From Seison nebaliae (Eukaryota), in contig JALJEE010000553.1 of assembly GCA_023231475.1 (NCBI GenBank), positions 1 to 56,207 of the forward strand: a stretch of DNA of 56,207 bases, read 5' to 3'. Shown one piece after another: positions 1 through 14,400 of this stretch. How positions within the stretch are numbered: the first letter of the stretch is position 1; every line of letters starts with the position of its first letter. The translations under genes were made by a program, and so were the position numbers. Under the pieces are notes generated by a model that was not told where the DNA came from, ran no database searches, and saw only the letters and a list, made by a program, of their open reading frames with translations.

Positions 1-387
1 TTAAATTGCCGTGAACGTTTATGTCAAGTTATGTCGAATTTTATAAGAAAACTTTATCGGAAAAAATTGTACAATTAAGGATTACGAAAAAATATTGAAT
101 AAAGAGTGTCTACTTTGTTTTTTTTGGTTAGAGATAACTAACTATTATGAAAAGAATGGTTAAATTTGCAAAAACAAAAGCCACTAACATCTTGGAAAGT
201 AATTTAAGAAAACATTAAAACGCATTAAAAAGATTTTAATTTGATATTCTCATAGAACAATCCGTCAAATGAATTCCGATTTTGTCAATTGCCCGTTCGA
301 TTTCCTTTAAATTGCCGTGAACGTTTATGTCAAGCTATATCGAATTTTATAAGAAAACTTTATCTGGAAGAATTGTACAATTGAGGG
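1..387. repeat. Diverged direct repeat of about 81 bp (copies 1-81 and 307-387; the first may be truncated by the window edge)
   Basis: TTAAATTGCCGTGAACGTTTATGTCAAG(T/C)TAT(G/A)TCGAATTTTATAAGAAAACTTTATC...TTGTACAATT occurs at 1 and at 307 with few mismatches. Confidence 0.85.
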
Positions 388-1038
388 TTATAGAATTGAG
401 AGATATACTTCTATGCATTGTGTTGCATGAAATTGCACGGATTAAATTTGATAAATTTAGTTTTTTCACATTAACAATTTTAATGAATTTATATAACTTC
501 AACATTTTTCAATATATACTCATATTCGAGAAATACTCTGAGACATACCAATAAGAGAACTTCAGAACACTGATTCCGCGGGTAGAAAAAATAGATCGAA
601 AAATTCGAGAAATGGATAAAAATATGAAAATATTAATTGAACTTTTATAAAAAAAGTTTTATAATGTTAAAAAACAAATAAATATGTATTTCTTCCGTTT
701 TACAAGTTGTTAGTGATTTTTCCTACATTTCCTACTCCTAATTATGTTCAATCAAAATCTTATACATTGTATAGTTGGTCAAAGCTGATAGTTATGAAAA
801 TTCAGTATTATATATATATGTAATATACAAATATATTATCTTGTATAATATACAACATATTATACCCTATAAATTCAAGAGCTGATAGTTTTCACGAAAA
901 TTGAGTAAAATTAGTAGTACTTTCAATGGAGGATGTGAATTGAGGATGTGGATTTGTTATATGTGGATGTTGACTTAAGAGTAATATTTTGAATTGAAGT
1001 TTAAAGCTTCATCATGGTAGAACTTAAAATTCTGCAAT

Positions 1039-2208
1039 ATGTCCAGAAAGATTCTAGGGAAATTTCGACGCCTAATTCTTATTCCCAGATATAATTATTC
1101 TAATTACACTTCTACATTGGTTGATATAAAAGACGTGTCATCGAAAGATGCAGGTCAATTATATTCTGTGTCGAATGAAATATTCAAAAAGATTAATGTT
1201 CATGGGAAATCGGTTGAGAAGGATTATTTGAAATTTGTGGAATGTGTCCAAGGACAGAATGTACTTCTTCGTCATTCTATGATAGAAATCATTGGATTAA
1301 TAAGAAACAATGAATTGAAGAAAATTGAAAACGAAGAATTAGTTCCAAAATTCTTATTATTTGGACAGTTGGGAAATGGGAAGACCATGAATTTGTTAAT
1401 CATCTTAAATTATCTTCATTCTCTTAACAAACATTTCGTTGTTCATTTTGGAGATGGAATTCGCATGTTGAAATATCCGAAGGAATTGGTGGAATGTGAA
1501 TATGAAGAAGATATGTGGGAGATGAATATCGATTGTCTGATTTGGTTAAATGCATTAATTGTCCAGAATAGAAAATATTTGGATGGAAATGACATTCGAT
1601 TTAGAAAAAAATTAAATTTTACAGATAATGAATTTCTGGAAAATAATTCGTCTTTGGAAGATCTGGTGAAATTTGCGAATAGTCGTCCGAAATATGCATC
1701 GCATTGTGCCTCTTATTTTCTTGATACAATCGAACAGGACGAATTCGATAAGACGAATCAATTTGCAATTGTCATCGATGGAATGAATGGTGTGAAGGAT
1801 GGTGGTAGTCGTCACCATCGTAATGATCATCAGAAATCATTTATTCCAATGAACAGAATTCGCATAGCGCAATCGATAAAGAATCTGTTGACAAAACGCA
1901 ATTCAAAATTTAACAACCGAATTATTGTGGGAAGTGTTTGTGAAAAAGCTGAGAACAAAGGTTACTTCAGAGAAGAAGGAACTCCACTCAATCTACTTGG
2001 GACGAAGTTTTTCGAAGAATTTGAACCATTTATTCCATTTAATGTTCCCCGATATTCTTCCAAAGAATTTCATACGATTGTTGATTATTTAATCGATGAA
2101 AATTGGTTAAGAATCGATACGAGAACTTCACAAGATCTTCATGATGAATTATCATTTTTATCGGCACACTCTCCTCTCGAATTATTCCGCATTGGAAAGA
2201 GTCATTAA
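1039..2208 (+). CDS. DAP3: Mitochondrial ribosomal protein S29 / death-associated protein 3 (intronless)
   Basis: 389-aa ORF with an Arg-rich transit-like N-terminus, P-loop LLFGQLGNGKT, IVIDG motif and C-terminal FEPFIPFNVPRYS...ELSFLS typical of DAP3. AATAAA at 2219-2224. Confidence 0.88.
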   Translation: MSRKILGKFRRLILIPRYNYSNYTSTLVDIKDVSSKDAGQLYSVSNEIFKKINVHGKSVEKDYLKFVECVQGQNVLLRHSMIEIIGLIRNNELKKIENEELVPKFLLFGQLGNGKTMNLLIILNYLHSLNKHFVVHFGDGIRMLKYPKELVECEYEEDMWEMNIDCLIWLNALIVQNRKYLDGNDIRFRKKLNFTDNEFLENNSSLEDLVKFANSRPKYASHCASYFLDTIEQDEFDKTNQFAIVIDGMNGVKDGGSRHHRNDHQKSFIPMNRIRIAQSIKNLLTKRNSKFNNRIIVGSVCEKAENKGYFREEGTPLNLLGTKFFEEFEPFIPFNVPRYSSKEFHTIVDYLIDENWLRIDTRTSQDLHDELSFLSAHSPLELFRIGKSH

Positions 2209-2472
2209 ACATTTTTCAAATAAATTTATCAGAATCGAATCATTAAAAAATAGACGTAAAAATTAAAATTAGATACGAATTCTACCACTAAATTTCACTA
2301 TCATCGAAAATGAATCATTTTAACACAGTTCGATATTTATAAGAGACAAATATATTTAGGATTTTTTATCAAGTGAAAATTTCATATTTTGAATGTGGAA
2401 TTTTATATGATTATTTTTATCGAAAAATTTTAAAAAAAATTTCTTTTATCATTCGTATGAATTCGGTTGGAA

Positions 2473-5400
2473 TTAGGAACAAATGATGGGTCTAATTGCT
2501 CGGAGAAGTTGGTAGACAGAATGTACGTGTAAAGTATGCGTGCTATTAATGAGGGTGAGATACTTCTCCGATTGTTTGATGACTTCGTTCTTTATCGAAT
2601 GATACAAAGTAGCATGAGTCTAGCAAGAATTGAATAAGAAGAAAATGATGGAAATGATGAAGGAAACCTTAGTTTGTTTTGTAATTGAAAAATTGTAGTT
2701 ATCAGTCAATGTATCGTCGTTTGGATGTGGCATAATATGGTATAATTCTCGCGAACAGATGACACTTTGCTTTAACTTCAAACAAAAGATAAGATAATCA
2801 AGTAAATTAATATTAGTTAAAAAGTGGGAAGAGTTTAATGGGAAAATTGGCGAGAAAAAAAAAATTAAATTCATAGAATGGGAATTGAATGTGTCGTCAA
2901 TTGTGAATTTTATGCAAAAAGGAAAATTGCTAACTGGAAATTCATCCTTGACATCCACATCTTCTATTGTAATAAATGGTAATATGATTTTGTCTTTCGC
3001 ATCTATTACACCATTAAGCTGTGTATATCCGAAACCGATGGCGGATGATAAGAGAGCCATCTGATAATAAGTCTGCATCTCTAATATTCCATCCTGACGG
3101 AAAGAATAGGAAATAAAGTTGAGGGAATTAAGATAGAAACTTTATCGATACAATTGACATATTTATGAGCATCGGCTTCAGGAAATATAAATATTCCATG
3201 ATGCTCCAATTTCTATAACATAAAATGAACAATAGAAAGAAGAAAATAGAAACCGATCGTATACTGAAAAGTGTGTGCCATTCGTCCACATAATTATCGA
3301 TGATTCGTTTTACTAAGAAATGTGTATCGATATCTTTCTCCAATGGAATTTCAACCGATTTCTCCTCACTCGTCTTTGCGGAAGCTTCCGTATCTTTCGA
3401 ACTCTCATCCTTTTGTTCAATTGTCTCAATGTTCTTCGTTTTACTTTCAACTTTCATGAATATTGGTTCGTTACCATCGAACTCATCATCTTTGTAATGA
3501 ATATTAAACGAATCAGTATGATATTTCAAAATCTGATGCATCGATCCAGTCAGATAACTATTGGGCTTCGTGGGACTTTCATTTTTTTGTTCGATAATCC
3601 ATTGTTCCTTTGTCAGGAAGCGATATAGTGATTCCTATAGTGAGAGAAATATACATAAAGAATTACCTCTCATTCCGAAAGTGTTTCAATTAATTATTGG
3701 GCATTTTTCTCCTTTTCGGCATGAAACTTCTCTCCAAAGAAAAAAAAAGAAAGTATCATAAAAATTATTTCTCTCACCATTCTTCGTGATATCTAATCGC
3801 GAAATATTCGTCGATAGGAATCATATGCAGGATAATATCATAAACTTCTTCAACTGACATCATAATTATATGATCGTTTATTATTAATTCTATATAACGA
3901 CCGTACATCGTCGAAGATAGTTTGTGCACACATTTCTCCTCTTTATAGGAATTTTATAGTATAATAATTCTAATCATAAATCTTTTTGATAGATGATCAT
4001 TTATTATTCATCCTCTAAAACCTTCTTCTTCCAAACGAAGAGAGGTAAAACATTAAATATATCGACCCATCTTCTGCTCTTCATCTGTTTCCTGTTCGGC
4101 GATAAATGTTCTCTATGGAACTTTACTCAACTTTCTTTCTCTCATATCAACGAAACCACATCATTCAAAACAGTCTTTAAACAATTCATCAATTATCAAA
4201 TAATTATTCCTTCAAGAGAAGTATTTACGTCCTATTTTTCAACATTGTGTGACAGTCAACATTAAAACACTAAAAATAATAAATATATTTGGAATTGAAG
4301 TCTATAAATTTAATCGAGTATTTATTGAAGAATGGGTTTAATTCCGAAACATCAATGGATTAGTTTCCTTATTTCTCTAAGGGAAAGTGTATTGAGTCAA
4401 GAAGTCTATTGAAGGCCACACTTGGTTACATAGGCCATCAGGGGCTCTAAAAGATGAATCTTTGGAAACTTTATGTCAAAGTCGTAGTCATCTCTGAGCG
4501 TCAGGAGGTGGAGGAAGTTGAGAACGGAAGAGATAGAATTAAGATAAATATACAGTTTTTTTTAGGAGTTCCAAATAAGAGAATCGTTTGGTATTGTGAT
4601 GATTAAACAAAAATTAATTTGGCATAGATGAGAGGAGTACTTCTAAACTTATAAATCAATAATGATTAGTCAACGCTAGAATAAATAGATCGGGAATAAA
4701 TTTGAAGGTAAAAACGATTTTGTGATGACTGTCTATTGTTTAAATTGAGATAACAGATGCTCCTATCTATCGAATTAGAAGATTTCTTTGTGGGAGAATA
4801 AGCAGGAAGGAGAGATATTTAGACTTCATACACATCACATATTAATGGAAAATAGTAAGAATTTTAAGTCTTTTATTATGTACTTCTCATTCTTATGTGC
4901 ACTTCGTCGACATGATAGTGTGCATGTGTCTTATGATATACGTATGGAATGAAATCAATAATCTCTAAATAAGATACAAATTGAAATTTATCATAATATA
5001 ATTCAAATTATATTATGTGATTAGGAAAGCAAATGTATTTGTTCATTCTATACCTATTTATTTCCTATCTTCTTTCCAACCCATCTATTCTTCTTCTTCT
5101 TATTATCCGGAAAATATTCTTTTTAAAATTTGTTTATTTGATATCTAATCGAATATGATTGATGTGACATCTCTCACAAATATGTCTTTAATTCCACAAT
5201 CAATGTCATCGACATGAAGATTGAGCAAGATGATTTGTTTGACAGTGCACCAATAATGCACAGAAAAAGAATGACAAATTATAATTGACAATATCTTTAT
5301 TAAGTTGATTTAACTGGTTCTTTAAAGCAAATACTAATTTGATTATGGTTCATCATTATTAATCGAGTTTATCTTAATTAACTAAAGCATTCGAAATGCA

Positions 5401-8400
5401 GAGGGATAGCAGGAAAACTAATGAAAGAACAGTTGTACTCTCGTTTTGGGAGATGTCTCATTTTCTTCCACAACATCATCGGGCAAAATCATCGTTTTTG
5501 CACTACAATAATTTTTAAGAAGAGAAAGACATTAAAGTTGCTGAATATTCATTAAATTCAGTTTTACTTTCGAAATTTGAGTGAGATGATTTGAAGGAAT
5601 CGAAACATATTGGAATTGATGAGGTAGAAAAAGAATTTTTTATAATTAGGATGAAAATGATCATCATGATTGTCGGTTGAAGCGACTCGATTGAAATGTA
5701 TGGAATGATGATTGGAATAATATAATTATGAAGAATAATGCGATAAATGTTAATCGTCAAATATTATTCTAATCGAAATTGAACATCATCAGTTCTCGAA
5801 TGATAGAAACTATAGAGATGAGATAGAGATAGAGATGAATACCTTTGGACTCATTAGTTTAATAAATATATGCGCAAGCATTCCACATGAAAGTGGTCGA
5901 AATGAATCTAGGAATATCTTTTCCTCACTCCCAAATTACCAATGGGGATAATGATGAAGTATAGATATCGATTAAAAAAAGTTTAATATATCCCAAAAAT
6001 GATCATTTTTTAATGTAATCAATTGACTCTATTTATTATCGACCTTTTATTATGAAAATTTTTTAGTCATCTATCACCTAATATCATTTTCATCCATTTT
6101 CCAATCGGATTGACTAGAAAGCCTTTAAAAGAAAAATTTTTAAAGAAACGAAAGAAACAGTCGTTAGAAGAATTAGTCCTAGATTGGTTCGATATAAATC
6201 AAACATAAATTAATCGAATATAAGAGAAGAAATAAGTGAATTAACAAATATAAAATAATTGCTCTTCTGTTACTCGTATAGTTTTATACGATGCGGCGAT
6301 ATTGCGCACAAAAGTAAACAGAAAGTTAGTCTCATTCCTTCTGCATACACCACTCACTCGTATGTTAACTATGAAAGAATATAATAATTAATTCAAGTTC
6401 TCTCAATAATATCAATTAATAAAGTAGAAGAGAATGAGGAAAGATTTTGACAGTTCTCCTCTATAACAATACTAAAGTAATAACGTCCTTTACTTCTCGC
6501 TTATTATCAACAGATGTAGTTGCTTTTCATTCTTTCCAATTGTCATACCCTACTACCAATATTATTTTACATCATGTAATAGTTGGTGAACGAGAAAAAG
6601 AAATGTTGAAATTGAACATCATAATCTCAGAATCAGAAACATGGTTTTCCTAATCTAGATGAAGAAAGCCGGGTAACTTTTAGGGAGATGTTCGAGCAAC
6701 TGATAATGTAAACTGAATATATGACAACAAAGATAATTGACTAATAACAATATTTATCAGAAGAGTAATGACAAACAGAATGGTGAAGATGTTGTGAAGA
6801 ACAATAAGATAACTGGTAACATTTCGATGTGTTACATATATGGAATAGTACTATGCATTTGAACGAATCATATTCGTATTACATCCAAAAATAGTTTGAT
6901 TCATAAAAAACTAGGTAAGTTGTACATACATATGTGCAAGTTACTTCTTATGTATTTGGAAAGGAAGAGAAAAACAATATGAATTCAATCAAAATGGATA
7001 GGTCTCGCTTAAATTTTGTCGTGTAGAAAATGGAATTTTTTGGATATGTTATGTAACTAAATTTCTATTAACATTCATCCCTTACATTTGTCAATATATT
7101 TATTGTCACTCTATTCTTATGGGTAGGCTGTAATTTGGCGGGAGATTTGGGACGCTCACGCTTCTAGACGGAAAATGAATTATAACTGGAAATTTATTGT
7201 CATCCCGAAAAGGGATTTGAACTTGCATATTCTCCACTCAATTAATATGGAGAGTAAACCCAAAGTAATTAAACATTCTGCTTACAACTAATTTGATTCC
7301 GAAAATTTTAACTCATTTATCGATTAGGAGAAAACACAATATTTTAATAACAATGCGCGGAAAGGATACTTCATTCTAATTAGCATTCGCACAAATTGAA
7401 TTGAAGTAGGATAGATATTCATTTTAGATGAAGCATAGTTCATTTAAAAGAAAAATCGTTATCTACCGAATGGTACATCCTCAAACCCATTCCACTAGCC
7501 ACTATCCAACACTCGTTATCCTTTCACCTTCTTTTTTTCTTTTCTGGACGATTTCGTTATAAGAATAGAAAAATACTTCCACCAGTCTAAACATTGAGAA
7601 CTGGAAAAAACCTTTTACTTTTTCCTTCTTCATATATGATATTAATCATATTGTTCATCCAAATAAATTTGTTGGAAGATACATGTTGTATCATACAACA
7701 AAAGTTATCATTAATATAACAATCATAATATCATTAATAATCATCTAACTTGTTCTACATGGTCTACTATATCTATCTATCTACATAGAATAATATTGGA
7801 AAAACTTGTTATACATCTGTACATATATGTACCTAGTTAGCTATATCTAAATTAACAAAGATAGATGGTTTCTTGGGTAAAAAAGAAGAAATAAATAGAA
7901 TATTCCACAATAAGTTCATTTACAACTTAAATCCCTTCACCTACAAATATGAATTTGTACTGTATTGGCAACGTACAGGTACATGATTGCATCATGAAGA
8001 TATGATGTGATATGAATCTTGTCTGTTCGTAGAATGATATCAATCTGAAAAGGATCCTTAAATCCATTTGAGCCATGTACAATGATCAGAATGGCGATGA
8101 TGATATTTGGAGAATTATTATGTGGAAATATTTCCTTTTCATTCTTGTTCGATTCGGACTCGGCTTATGCGGATATCTTATGTGAAATATGGATCCTCAC
8201 TTCCAATTTCCTACCTTACCATATTTTACTTTACATAATTTCTTTTAATAATTTATTGTACATCTGTTTCGTTTCAATAAGGAAATATTTGTAGTCTCTT
8301 CGCTTGTAAGTGATGGAAGTAGGTTGGATGGGAGGAGGAAGGAATGAATCTGCCATCTCTACTATTTATTTCATTTATTAAGTTGGTGTGTAGAACCATT

Positions 8401-11400
8401 TGGGAAACTTGTTTCGTTCCTCTGCTGTGCCATTCCTACTTCGTCCTACTCTTGGTCCTATTATTATTATTATTTGATTCCATTAGACAATTATTAATGT
8501 AAAAATAATTGGATGAATTCATTCTGTGATTAAGAATATTACCGACTCCAGAAAACAGAGTCAATATTATTGAGAAGTGCACAAACTATAGTTTTTTTTC
8601 AAAGTCATTTGTAATAAAAAGTAACAATCAACTAATGTTCTTCATCTTTCCATCTGATGATTTCTTCAATTTGTGCACAGAAGAAGATGATGGTGCACAT
8701 TTTTTGTGGAATAATCTATAGTTGGAACTCTCAAATTTAATCGCAAGTGTTCATCGTTCAACTCTCTTATTAGATTGTATCCGAAAAGTTTATTCCGTTT
8801 CAGAAAGTTCTCTCTCACTCCACTCAATGAATGTGTAGCGCGCAAATTCAGATCACTTCCGCTCTGCTCCAGGAAATGCATCAATAATTAATGGCGAATG
8901 GATATACTTGAGCTACCAAAACCGGTAATTCATTTTCTTAGATCGTTATCGAAAGAAAATAATCGATATGTTCTCACTTGGGATATATCTGGTGGATCAT
9001 CATCCGTTTCGTTAACATTAACTTGGCAGAATGCTGATGCTGCAGCACGACATGCCGCCAAACAAGCCCAACAATATGCGAAGAGAGAACGAGAGAAGAA
9101 GAAACAACAACAACAACAACAAATTACGACGAATAATGATGAAACGGGAACAACCACCACAACGACGAGCAATGAGATATGTCAGAATAAGGGCGGAGAT
9201 AATAATAAACAAAGTAAGAAAGAAGAATCGAGTTCAACTGATTCCTATTTCAATGAGAATGGAACGAATGGTTAATATTCCTTTTCCTTCTTTTAGACTT
9301 ATACAATTACAATATGATAATTAAACGGATTCTCATAAGGTAAACCGACTTTTCGGTAAACATTTAATTATCCGATTTAACGAAAAATAATTTTATCCAG
9401 GAAATGAGGAACGTATCATTCTAATGACATTAGTCAGTTGGGAATGTAACGAAACTGTCTACAGATCATCGAAATATTTTTGTGAGGAAACTACATCGAC
9501 TCAATGGAAAATATTTCTTAAAATAATTTTTTTTCTCTTGTTTTCTAGACGAAAGTGTTGATGGTGCCGTCGATAATCGTGGAAATAGCGAACATCGAAG
9601 AATGTTGAAAAAAATAACTAATGAGAGTGTTGTAAATGAGAATAAAGACGGAGAAATAGAGATTGATGAAGATGACGATGATAATGATGATGATGATCAT
9701 CATCATCACCATCTTGTTGGAGATGAGAAGTCAGATAATATTGCAAAAAGACGAGATAGTAAGAAGCAGTACAGAAAGAAAGATCAATGGAACAATGTGA
9801 AGAAGAAGAAGAATAATCAAACGAATTTCAAAGAAGATCGACCCAATCCGGATATGATTAACCGAAAGAAAAATAGTCATAGTTCTCACAAACGTCATGA
9901 GAATAAAGACGTATTAAAGAATAAAATAGACATTTCACACTTGTATCATCAGCACACTCAAGAAATGAGACAGCAGCAACAACAACAACAACACGCCGTG
10001 TATCCGTTACCATTGCAACGATTTATCGGATCGCCACATGTCTCGACTTCTCATTTACATAATCAAAAGAAATCGCCTCAACTGACGTCTCAATTGAGAA
10101 GATGTTCGAAGAATTGTGATAACAGAAAATGTCCAGTTTCACCGGATCAATGTGAAAAAGAACATACGATCCATTATCATAACAAATATCAAGAACAACA
10201 ACAGCAACAACAACAAAATCAGCGACTACATCATTTGAGACAATCATCCCAACCGATAATGGTGAATGATGGTCGATCGGCTCAATTCGACAATAGAAGT
10301 CGAATCAGACCAGAACCATATGATGGTAACATGTATAGTCAGAATATGAGAAATATTAAATTGAATAATCCACAATCAAGGGAATGTCGTGGCTTGTCAT
10401 GGGATGAATATAGACATGAATTATATCGTCGATCTTCAGAGGATGTGATCGATAATGATGATCAATATTCTTCCATTCCCAATCAACCAACTGATGAACT
10501 CACTCAACAACAACAACAACAACAACAGTACATGTCAGTGAAAAGTATCAGTAGTCAAAGTTTAGATCGATCTCATCGTAATTTTTTGCCTTCTCTCATC
10601 AACTCCAACATAATGTATAACGATCCGACGAATGTAAATTTCAATCAGTCACATACCGGATATTTTCCTCCGAATACATTTAATCCAATATGGAATCAAT
10701 TCCATATTAGAAATCAGGTTTATTTCTCTTAACCTTTTTCTTTTTTATTCATCAATAATTCTTATTGTGAATTAGAAGAATACGGTCCTTCATCGAGATA
10801 ATGGTTGTCAAACAGCTACGTCGATGATTGTGCCAACAACAACACCAACAACATCCGCTACCTCAAATAACGATCGTGTTATGCATTTCCGTTGTATATA
10901 CTGCTCTCGAGAGAATACGTGTTCGACTAATTTTATAACAATCGATGACAATCTCTCACATTCCACTACGTTCAATACATCGAATGCTGATACGAAGAAT
11001 GTAAAGGAAAATAATCGAACAGACAATCTCAATCGCTCGTCACACTTGACTGGAAGTGGTTCGTTACTGAATCCTATCAATTCGCCAACTTATAAGCCTA
11101 ATTCGACTACTTTTGAAGTGACATCATCGGCACCAATACCATCATCATCCGTCACTTCTACTTCCACATCGAACATTAATGCTACGGCACAAACATCGTC
11201 GACAGTTTCGTTAGAACGAAATCGTAAACCTAAAACTCGCGACGTTAGTATTATGGTGAATATTACGACAGTGAAGAAATCGATATCATTCGGTCCTCGA
11301 ACTATCATCAAAGAATTTAGTGAGAATAATACCATGACTGAAATAACATTAATTGACATCGAATTATTATTAAAATATCAGAAGTGTTATTTGAATTTGA

Positions 11401-14400
11401 TGAGAGAAGTTCAAATGTTTCAATCATCATCACCATCATTATCGTTGTCGTCTGGTACTCCCGCTTCTCAATTATTTTATCCGCAACATCCTCAACAATC
11501 AGCACCTCACTTCCAATACTCATCTTTACAGGAATCATCATCATCGGCGAATTTTGGTTGGAATCAAGCACGACAACATCCATCAGTTGGTGAAACTAAT
11601 TTACGTGGATCAATTTATAATTTATCTCCCACTGAACATCCACCATCACAATCTCAACCTTTACATAATCTGACGGCATTCAATCGTCACATTTCTCCAC
11701 CAACATACCTCGTCAACTCTCCACCTGTACCATACGCTGAATCGATGGATGATAATGCTAAATTTTATGGAAATACATATTATGATAAATCGATTGATAA
11801 TTATTATCTTCCACCATCACATCACCTTCATCAACAACAACAACAACAACATAAAATTTCTCCACATCTTTCTTCTGGTCCCCAATTATTCGACACACAA
11901 CAATTACCAGATCGGCCTTTAATTTCTCATCAACAATTACATCAACAACAACAACAACATCCACAATCATCTATTTATTATGGAGATTATAATCCGAATA
12001 TGAAAGAACATTATTCACTTTCCTCACCACAACAACAACAACAACATATGGAACAATTGTCACCACCTATTATTCCTCCACAACAACAACAACAACTTCC
12101 TACTAATTCACAATTCTATCCAGTTCAAATACGTAATCGTCCATATTCGGAACAACAGTTCCTCAAACATTCTCATCCACTACCACAACAACAACAACAA
12201 CAACATTTACATTTAGCTAAACATGAATCGAATGAATATCTTTCCAATTCTAATCATAAACATAGAATAAATATTCCTGCCGCATACACTCGAACGTGTC
12301 ATGGTGAGAAGGATAAAGAGAAATTGAAAGAGAAATCTCAATTATCTAACAAATCATCAACGTCACTGGTAAATAAGTCGTCTGTTCATAAATATGGAAA
12401 GAATTTTCCCACGCTCAAATATTCTTCGTCGTCATCTCCCTCACCTATACCACCACCTCCTTCATCATCTCTAGCACAGTCAGTGGGACAATCCTCTCAT
12501 AAATCTTCATCAACAATTGCCAAACATCATTCATCTAGTAAGTCTCATCGTCGTTTGTCATATGGTGGGAGTAAGCGAGATTTCGATTATTCTTCTCAAC
12601 AACAATCCTCAACAAACGATATGAAAAATATCCCAAATAAATTCACAACTCAACTTCCGAAAGAACATGGGAAAACTATTTCAAAAATTCCAACAGAAAT
12701 GAAATTCACTAGACGTGACAAAGATCCGTCATCCCTCAATGTTGATCCTCAATTTATTTATAAAGATGTTAAAGGTAAAATGAAACCGAAGTTGCCTCAG
12801 CGACATCCTAAAACTAATGACTCATCGACCAACTCTAGTGAAAAGAAGTGGCAATCTTATGTATCACCTGATTACTCTTATTCTTACTCATCTTCAAACA
12901 CCGAAACGGATGATGTAAGATAGATTAGATTGACATTTACCATTTTTCAATTGGTTTTACTTTTTTCAGTTTTTTTATTAAATTTCTTCCTTTCAATTTC
13001 CATCGTTCATCTTTTTCTTTTTCTTTTCTATCTAACTCACCAAGACTCATAATAAACAAACTCTTTTTTCTCGCATAAAACTTCTTTCAACATTCACTTC
13101 CATAAACTTCATAGAAAACATAAGAAAAGCCATGCTAATTCACAAAACTTAATAAATAAATTTACATAAAAATTTTATCGAAAATTTCCACTTTGACATC
13201 CCAATTTGGGAACAAACTATTTTTTCTTAACTAATGAAAACAATTTAAAATAATGGAACAAACCTTAATTTCAATCATCAATTCGAATTCCAACGTGATA
13301 AGATGGAATAGACAATGATTAACGTCAATTGGATACAAGTACCATGATTGAAAAGGAAAGAAAGCGTATCGATCGATGAGTAAAGAATATGGTCCCATTT
13401 CATAAGAAGTGAATTGAATAATTCGTTTCTTCTCATTATAATCCACATCATAAATTCGGTCCGTTCTCCATGCTTCTTCACTTTCATCCCATCTACCAAC
13501 TATCGGATGTTCTTTACAAAATACGAAATTTGGTAATCTAAATAAGAAATTTTCATTTATTTAGATTTTCAGATTCAGCAAATTATCAAACGTAATATAC
13601 ATTGTGATCGGCCTCTCGTCATTGACATGTCTCTTGAATTCTCGTAATTCAGCCACGATATCTTCCTCTAACATTCCACGTCGTTGTTCTTCGGTCATCA
13701 TCATCTGAAGATAAGGTTCGTCCTCTGGGGTTAAATGTCTTTCATCCAACTTCCTTGAGAATGGTCTTGCTTTCGCATTCTCACCGGTTGCCATACTTGA
13801 ACTGACTCTCTATTGAATTCACCATAATTAGTAAATATAGATAAAAAAGAAATACAAACTTCTTCATTTCTATTTATTCGTTGTCCATTAGGTAATTGTT
13901 CAACTAAATGATCTTCATTCATTCGACGAACCTTTTCTTCCTGAGGGAAATGTAATCGATTTAATCGACGTTTCTCTGGAACTTTATTTTAAAAATTTCA
14001 ACGCAAAATTTTCAATTGAATACAAATAATTTAAGAGATTAGAGGAACCTTGAGATAGAATTACATCTGCTACTTTCTTCTCTTGAGGAGGTACATCATA
14101 TAGTTCGATTTGAGTGAAACCGTGAATAGTTCGGAACATTCTCAAATCTATAACATGCCTGTCACATAGCAATTTCAATCGTTTCTTCTCAACTAAATTA
14201 ACAATAAATAAATAATCAATCAATTCAATTCAATTTCTTTAACTATTTTCAAGATGTGTCGGAATATCATATGGATATATTTCTATCAGTTGTTTCGACA
14301 TCCTTGAACGATTGATTGAACCTCTAAATGACTAAAAATATTTTCCACCAAAACTATTTCCTCATATCAATATTAACCATTTCACTTTTTGTTACTTCAC

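Noticed and set aside
327..554. 75-aa ORF
   Set aside because: It overlaps a direct repeat, has an AT-driven composition and shows no motif.
3660..3935. Possible separate first exons for the 2473-3634 gene piece, using canonical-looking GTGAGA and GTAATT donors
   Set aside because: All frames hit stops or the wrong phase, whereas the exon ending at 13264 joins in frame and completes DNAI7.
4000..8800. Structured RNA genes (tRNA, snRNA, spliced-leader RNA) in the large intron
   Set aside because: I recognised none by eye. A covariance-model search is needed, so absence is not established.
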